From an uncultured delta proteobacterium (lineage in GTDB: Bacteria > Desulfobacterota > Binatia > UBA9968): a stretch of 64,000 nucleotides of DNA. The translations under genes were made by a program, and so were the position numbers. Where the stretch lies: the NCBI GenBank assembly GCA_963745035.1, contig CAVUVW010000014.1, positions 192,001 to 256,000 of the forward strand, read 5' to 3'. Shown here in pieces: positions 58,647 through 64,000 of this stretch. The first letter of the stretch is position 1. Each line of letters starts with the position of its first letter. The notes beneath the pieces were generated by a model. That model was not told where the DNA came from and did no database searches. It saw nothing but the letters and a program-made list of their open reading frames with translations.

Positions 58647-59738
58647 CTAATCTAATCGGTAGAATCGCGCGGCGTTGCCGCGCAGGATCGCCTGTTTGGC
58701 GGCTGCGCTGATTTCTTCGCGCTCGCGCAGCTCGCGGATTTCCTTCTTGACCGTTTGGGTGTTCACCTCGTGCGGAAAGTCCGAGGAAAACATGAACGCT
58801 TGCTCGCCCGCTATTTTGATGGCGTAAGCCAAATCGGATTCGCCTCCTTCGATGCCCACGACCAGGCGGCCGGCTTTGATGAGCGCGCGCAGGTAATCGG
58901 CGACGGTTTGGCCTTCGGGCAGGTGCAGCAATTCGCCGCGTGGGTTGATGGGCGTGCCCGCCTCATAGGATCGAGACAGGCGCTCGAGCGCCATGAGAAA
59001 CCAGAGCGGACCGCCTTCGAGATACGCGACGCGCAGTCCGGCAAAGCGGTCGAAGAGATTGTTCAAGACCATTTCCGCCAACGCAATCGCGAGCGACATC
59101 GGGTGGCCGATCGCGTTGGCGCCGGTGGAAACGTTCATCGTATCCATGCCCAAATCCCAATGCCCGCCGCCGTGAACGACAATCGGACAGCCCAAGCGCG
59201 CCGCCTCCTCGTACACCGGCCAGTAAGGCTTTGCGCCCAGATTTAACTGCACGCCGGTGGCCGGAAAGAGCACGGCGGAAAAGCCCAGCTCGGTATAGGC
59301 GCGGTTTAGCTCGGCCAACGCCGCTTCGGCGTCATGCATCGGCAAAAGCGCGACGCCTTTAAAGCGCCGGTCGCGCGCCAGATACGTCTCGGCGAGCCAG
59401 TCGTTGTACGCCCGCGCCGCGCCGAGCGCGTAGTCGCGATCGACGATGCGGCCGATGCGCTGACCGGCGGTGGGGAAAAGAACGGCGTAGTCGAACCCGA
59501 TCTGATCCATGAATTCCGTCCAGCCGGCGGGTCCGGGATTTTGAAACCGGCCGTCGGGCGTGGTGGCGAAGGCGCCGGGCGGCGTTCGCGTGAGCGAATA
59601 TTGTATGTGGCTGTTCAGCGGAAATACGCCGTTCCGCAATCGCGCGCCGAGCGCGCTGTAAGGAAAATGACGGGCGATGGCTTCGCCGTCCTCGAAAATA
59701 TGGCCATCGCCGTCGATCATTCTTGCTTGCTGCTGCAT
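58647..59738 (-). CDS. Amidohydrolase family protein (amidohydro_2)
   Basis: IDGDGHIFE, VLFPT, AYNDWLAE, IVVHG, FSSDFPH, GNAARFY. Confidence 0.88.
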   Translation of the reverse strand: MQQQARMIDGDGHIFEDGEAIARHFPYSALGARLRNGVFPLNSHIQYSLTRTPPGAFATTPDGRFQNPGPAGWTEFMDQIGFDYAVLFPTAGQRIGRIVDRDYALGAARAYNDWLAETYLARDRRFKGVALLPMHDAEAALAELNRAYTELGFSAVLFPATGVQLNLGAKPYWPVYEEAARLGCPIVVHGGGHWDLGMDTMNVSTGANAIGHPMSLAIALAEMVLNNLFDRFAGLRVAYLEGGPLWFLMALERLSRSYEAGTPINPRGELLHLPEGQTVADYLRALIKAGRLVVGIEGGESDLAYAIKIAGEQAFMFSSDFPHEVNTQTVKKEIRELREREEISAAAKQAILRGNAARFYRLD

Positions 59739-59880
59739 CGGGGTCCTCCTCCGACTCGGCCCGGCGGTGTTGACGAAGCTCCAGCGAGTGCGCCGGGTTG
59801 AGAATCCCGCAAATTACCATCCGCCGAAGAAAGTTGTCAAATTACTCGGCGCGGTAGGCTGAATTAACGAACCAGCACGT

Positions 59881-60924
59881 TTACAAAATTCGGTTAAACC
59901 ACAGGAGCGAGAGCAAGCCGGACACCAGCGCGGCGACGGCGGCGGCTGCGGCGAAGAGCGAGCTGATCTCCATGTCCTTTTTCTCCAGCAAAAAGCGCGC
60001 ATTCAACGACTCGTAGACTTTCCTCAGATCGCCTGCCGTGCCGGCATAAAAATATTCGCCGCGGGTCATGCTGGCGATCGTCTTGAGGGTTTCCTCGTCG
60101 AGGCGGACGCGCATGGACCAGCCTTCGAAGCCGATGGTCTCGCCGCTTTTTGTGCCGAAGCCGACGGTGAAGATGCGCACGCCGCGGTCAGCGGCCATGC
60201 GCGCCGCTTCGATGGAATCCGGACCCGTGGTTCTCTGCCCGTCGGTGAGCAGGATGATCGCGGCGGAGGCGTAAGAGCCGGGCGGAACCGGCTTGAAATC
60301 CTTTTTCTCCGCTTTTCCGGCCTGGTCGAGGGGCACACCGCGGGCGCCGCCGCGGCCGTAAATCAACGAGCTCACATCGATGCCGGCATCGGGAAAGATC
60401 GTCGCCAGCGAGACGATGATGCCGCTGCCGATCGCGGTGGCGCGCTGCAACTGGAAGCGGTCGATCGCGGCGATGATGTCCTCGCGATTCTGCGTGGGTG
60501 CCTGAACGACCGAAGCGGTTCCGGCAAAGGACACCACCCCGATGCGCACGTTGGAGGGCTGGTCCTTGACGAACGCTTTCGCCGCGTTCTGCGACGCGGT
60601 GATGCGATTGGGCTGCACGTCGGTGGCGCGCATGCTGCCGGAGACGTCCATGGCAAGAATGATGGTGCGATGCTGCGACGGCAAGGTCACCACCGCGGCG
60701 GGACGGGCGATGGCGAGAATCATCGCGGTGAGCGCCAGCAGAAACAGCAGCGGCGGGATGTGCCGACGATATTTCTGCCCGGTTCCCATCGCCTCTTTGA
60801 CCATGCTCAGGCTCGCATAGCGGAGCGCCGCGCGCTGCTTGCGGCGCAGCAGATAGAAATAGCCGGCCACGCACGCGGGCACGAGCACAAGCAGCCAAAG
60901 CATCTCAGGCCATAGAAACTTCAT
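59881..60924 (-). CDS. VWA domain protein (BatA-like)
   Basis: N-terminal F.WP..L helix, MIDAS DVSGSM, TAIG, LLTDG. Confidence 0.9.
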   Translation of the reverse strand: MKFLWPEMLWLLVLVPACVAGYFYLLRRKQRAALRYASLSMVKEAMGTGQKYRRHIPPLLFLLALTAMILAIARPAAVVTLPSQHRTIILAMDVSGSMRATDVQPNRITASQNAAKAFVKDQPSNVRIGVVSFAGTASVVQAPTQNREDIIAAIDRFQLQRATAIGSGIIVSLATIFPDAGIDVSSLIYGRGGARGVPLDQAGKAEKKDFKPVPPGSYASAAIILLTDGQRTTGPDSIEAARMAADRGVRIFTVGFGTKSGETIGFEGWSMRVRLDEETLKTIASMTRGEYFYAGTAGDLRKVYESLNARFLLEKKDMEISSLFAAAAAVAALVSGLLSLLWFNRIL

Positions 60925-61870
60925 GGCGTCCTCGCAAATGTTTGGGCAGGCTCCCGCCCGCGGCTAACTGGCTGCGCCGCTTGCGCAGGTCGGCGAAGCG
61001 CAAGATCGCGTCGACCAACTCGTCCTCGGTCGACAATTCGAGGGCGTCGACGCCGGCATCGCCGAAGGCCGAGCGCAGCTCGCGCTCGCGCTGCTCGGCC
61101 AAAGCCGCGAAGCGCTTGCGGAAGCCGCGATCGTGCGTATCGACGAACAATTGCTCGCCGGTTTCGGCGTCGCGCATCACCAGCAGTCCGAGATCGGGCA
61201 GGTCCATTTCCAATGGATCGTACAGGCGCACCGCGATCACTTCATGGCGCCGCGCCAAGTGGGCAAGAGTCTTGGTCCAGCCCGGCGCGCTGATGAAATC
61301 GGAGACCACGAATACGAGCGAGCGGCGCTGCATGACGCGAAAGGCCGTGCGCAGCAACTCGTCCAGCTTGGTCGCCGACGGGCGCGCGGACTCGGAACGT
61401 GAAACCATCCTGTGCAGGATGTGCAGGGCGTGGCGCCGGCCGCTGCGCGCCGGAATTACGGTATCGACCTTGTCGCCATAAAACAGCGCGCCGACCCGAT
61501 TGCCGTGCCGGGTGAGAAGCCGGGTGAGCACGGCGACGAACTCGACGGAGACCGCCCCCTTTTTTACCCGCGAGCCAAATTCCACCGAAGGACTCAAATC
61601 GAGCAGGAACCAGGCCGTCACTTCGCGGTCCTCGTTGTAGACGCGCACGTGAGGGGACTGGAGACGCGCGGTCACATTCCAATCGATGTAGCGGACATCG
61701 TCGTGATATTGATACTCGCGCAGATCGGCAAGGTCGAGCCCGAATCCGCGAAACAATGTTTGGTAGTTGCCGTGCAGCAAGCCATCGAGGCGCCGGATCA
61801 CGGTCCACTCGAGGCGCCGCAGGATGTTCTCCGCCGCGGCAGCGCGGGTCGTTGGTTGAGAAAAACTCAC
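60905..61870 (-). CDS. DUF58 domain protein
   Basis: LREYQYHDDVRYIDWNVTAR, EDRE, LDLSPS, VSDF. Confidence 0.9.
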   Translation of the reverse strand: MSFSQPTTRAAAAENILRRLEWTVIRRLDGLLHGNYQTLFRGFGLDLADLREYQYHDDVRYIDWNVTARLQSPHVRVYNEDREVTAWFLLDLSPSVEFGSRVKKGAVSVEFVAVLTRLLTRHGNRVGALFYGDKVDTVIPARSGRRHALHILHRMVSRSESARPSATKLDELLRTAFRVMQRRSLVFVVSDFISAPGWTKTLAHLARRHEVIAVRLYDPLEMDLPDLGLLVMRDAETGEQLFVDTHDRGFRKRFAALAEQRERELRSAFGDAGVDALELSTEDELVDAILRFADLRKRRSQLAAGGSLPKHLRGRHEVSMA

Positions 61871-61892
61871 GGTCTCCGCCTCGCGGAAAATA

Positions 61893-61952
61893 ATTGGACT
61901 GGATGAAGACCCAACACTCGGGTGTTCCGGCACTCCAGCATTCCGATACTCC
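61893..61952. repeat. Degenerate ACTCCA-family repeat
   Basis: CCAACACTC...GCACTCCAGCATTCCGATACTCC between moxR and the DUF58 gene. Confidence 0.55.
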
Positions 61953-61964
61953 GTTACGATATCC

Positions 61965-62981
61965 CTACGAGCTGGCCGCGACTTTGATGTGGCTCTCCAG
62001 CGGCTTATCGGGGGCCGCGATGCGCTGCATGATGCGGCGGACCAGATCGTCCGGGGTTATGCCTTCGGCAAGCGCCTCGTAGGTGAGCACCAGCCGGTGG
62101 CGAAATACGTCCGGCACCAAGTCTTTGACATCTTCGGGCAAGACATAGGTGCGCCCGCGCAGGAACGCCAGCGCACGTGCTCCCTCGACCAGATGAATCG
62201 AGGCGCGGGGACTGGCGCCGAACGACAAATACTTGCCGACGTCGCTGACGCCAAAGCGCTCGGGGTCGCGGGTCGCAAAGGCCAGCCGGACGGCGTACTG
62301 CTTGAGCGCCGGATCGACGTAGCCGTTTTGACACTCGCGCTGGAGCGCGTTTAGCTGCTCGGTGGTGGCGATCGGCGCAAGCTCGTTGGGCGTGCCGGTC
62401 ACCCGGTCGACGATGACGAACTCTTCTTCTTCCGTCGGATAGCCGACCAGCACCTTCATCATGAAGCGATCGACCTGGGCCTCGGGCAGCGGATAGGTGC
62501 CTTCGGTCTCGATCGGATTCTGCGTCGCCATCACCAAAAACGGTTCGGGCACGCGATGGGTCTCGCCAGCGATCGTCACCTGGCGCTCCTGCATCACCTC
62601 GAGCAGCGCGCTCTGCACTTTGGCCGGCGCGCGGTTGATCTCGTCGGCGAGCAGCAGATTGGCGAAGACCGGTCCGAGCGAGGTGGCGAAGTCGCCGGTT
62701 TTCTGATTGTAGATGCGCGTGCCCACCAGATCGGCGGGCACCAGGTCGGGCGTGAACTGGATCCGCCGAAACGAGCCGCGAATGGTTCGCGCCAGGGTCT
62801 TGACGGTAAGGGTCTTGGCAAGCCCGGGTACGCCCTCGACGAGCAGATGACCCTGTGCCAGCACGGCGACGAGCACGCGCTCGAGGAAATGGTCCTGGCC
62901 GACGATCACCTTTTTCACCTCGTAGAGGATGCGCTCCATGAGCGCGGCAACTTCGCTGCGGTTGTTTTCGCGGTTGTCCAT
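61965..62981 (-). CDS. moxR: MoxR family AAA+ ATPase
   Basis: EGVPGLAKT, RIQFTPDL.PAD, LADEINRAPAKVQSALLE, ATQNPIE.EGTYPLPEAQ.DRF. Confidence 0.93.
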   Translation of the reverse strand: MDNRENNRSEVAALMERILYEVKKVIVGQDHFLERVLVAVLAQGHLLVEGVPGLAKTLTVKTLARTIRGSFRRIQFTPDLVPADLVGTRIYNQKTGDFATSLGPVFANLLLADEINRAPAKVQSALLEVMQERQVTIAGETHRVPEPFLVMATQNPIETEGTYPLPEAQVDRFMMKVLVGYPTEEEEFVIVDRVTGTPNELAPIATTEQLNALQRECQNGYVDPALKQYAVRLAFATRDPERFGVSDVGKYLSFGASPRASIHLVEGARALAFLRGRTYVLPEDVKDLVPDVFRHRLVLTYEALAEGITPDDLVRRIMQRIAAPDKPLESHIKVAASS

Positions 62982-63087
62982 GAGAATGTTGGGGGCGTTA
63001 CGAAGCCCGGAACGGGGTCGCGCGCCTCGGTTCCGTTATTCGTGCCATGTCTCCTCTCTATCCTATCCGGTTTGATTTCGATCGCCG

Positions 63088-63999
63088 CTAGAAAGGCGGT
63101 ATTCCCGCAGCGGCGGCGGCATTTTCAATTGGCACGGCAAAACCGATGCCGACAAAGAATCGCTGGTCCGTCGGATTGAGAATCGCCGTGACGATGCCGA
63201 CTACTTCTCCCTGCGCGGTCACGAGCGGCCCGCCGGAGCTGCCCGGGTTTGCCGCGGCGTCGAACTGGATGAGGTTGGTCAGCAGGCGCTTGCCTTCCGG
63301 CGAGACAAACTCGCGGCGCAAACCGGACACGACCCCGGCCGTGACCGACGGGCCGATGCCGAACGGAAAACCGACGGCGACAACCCGATCGCCCAGCGCC
63401 AAGTCCCCCGTCGAGCGCATTGTCGCTGCGACCAAATCGTCAGGAATCTTCTGCGCCTGCAAGACCGCGAGATCGTGCTCCGGCTGTATGCCTGCGACCG
63501 TCGCGTCGGCTTCGAGTCCGTCGGCGAATACCACTTGCACGCGCTTGGCGCCGAGCACGACGTGGAGATTGGTGAGGATGATCCCCTTATCGACGATGAC
63601 CACGCCGGTGCCCACGCCTCTTTCGAGGTCGTCGCCGCCGGCTTTATCGGCTTCCAAACGGCGCACCCGAACGATGGACGGACGGATGACCTCATAGGCT
63701 TTCGCCGCGGGAGAAGGGAGCGCGTTGTTTTCCAGCGTATGAAGAACCGCGGCGCTGATGTCTTCCTGGGTGATTTCGCGCGATGAAGGCATAAGCGCGG
63801 CATGGGTAAGAACAACCAGCAAAGCCAGCAGACCGGCGGCGCCGACCCAGAGGAGCCGGTCGTAGCGCGCGGCAAAGTCGCGCCAGCGCGACCGGAGAGA
63901 AGGCCCGGCGGTTGTTCGGACCGCAGGCTCTGCCGTCGTCGGAGGGGAAATTTCGCGCCGTTCAGCCGAGCTTTGCGAACCCAGCGTCGACGAACGCCT
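63088..63999 (-). CDS. Membrane-anchored trypsin-like (S1C) serine protease, 5'-partial
   Basis: GTGV, LTNLHVV, DLAVL, IQFDAAANPGSSGGPL; frame open to the window edge. Confidence 0.88.
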   Translation of the reverse strand, partial: RRSSTLGSQSSAERREISPPTTAEPAVRTTAGPSLRSRWRDFAARYDRLLWVGAAGLLALLVVLTHAALMPSSREITQEDISAAVLHTLENNALPSPAAKAYEVIRPSIVRVRRLEADKAGGDDLERGVGTGVVIVDKGIILTNLHVVLGAKRVQVVFADGLEADATVAGIQPEHDLAVLQAQKIPDDLVAATMRSTGDLALGDRVVAVGFPFGIGPSVTAGVVSGLRREFVSPEGKRLLTNLIQFDAAANPGSSGGPLVTAQGEVVGIVTAILNPTDQRFFVGIGFAVPIENAAAAAGIPPF

Positions 64000-64000
64000 G

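Noticed and set aside
59881-63999. MoxR-DUF58-VWA-protease operon as a novel system
   Set aside because: Widespread, previously described gene arrangement with nothing unusual visible here.

Overview
GC-rich bacterial chromosomal window. The gene content (many orphan solute-binding proteins, luciferase-like monooxygenases, amidohydrolases, several palindromic intergenic repeat families) resembles Candidatus Binatia-like genomes; that taxonomy is inference only. The main feature is a ~1.43 kb IS110-family (IS1111-type) element present twice in direct orientation (692-2117, 20580-22008). Both copies sit at the same AG dinucleotide of a host palindromic repeat (TCGTCCTG-AG-C). Joining the element ends builds a TTGACA-17-TATGAT promoter. 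The 3' non-coding end carries CATAGCAG+CAAGTCT, matching both strands of that circle junction, and a target-like segment, as expected for a bridge/seek-RNA guided recombinase. Two unoccupied repeat copies each differ at a base directly beside the core. Other content: pgm, pal, hsp20, a phnDCE-phnA phosphonate operon with a Pho-box-like repeat, a NitT/TauT ABC operon, a polymerase-dead PolX-PHP operon ending in an internally deleted ppk2, a MoxR-DUF58-VWA-protease operon and several gene remnants. Many single-base frameshifts suggest long-read errors. No rRNA, tRNA or CRISPR array was seen.
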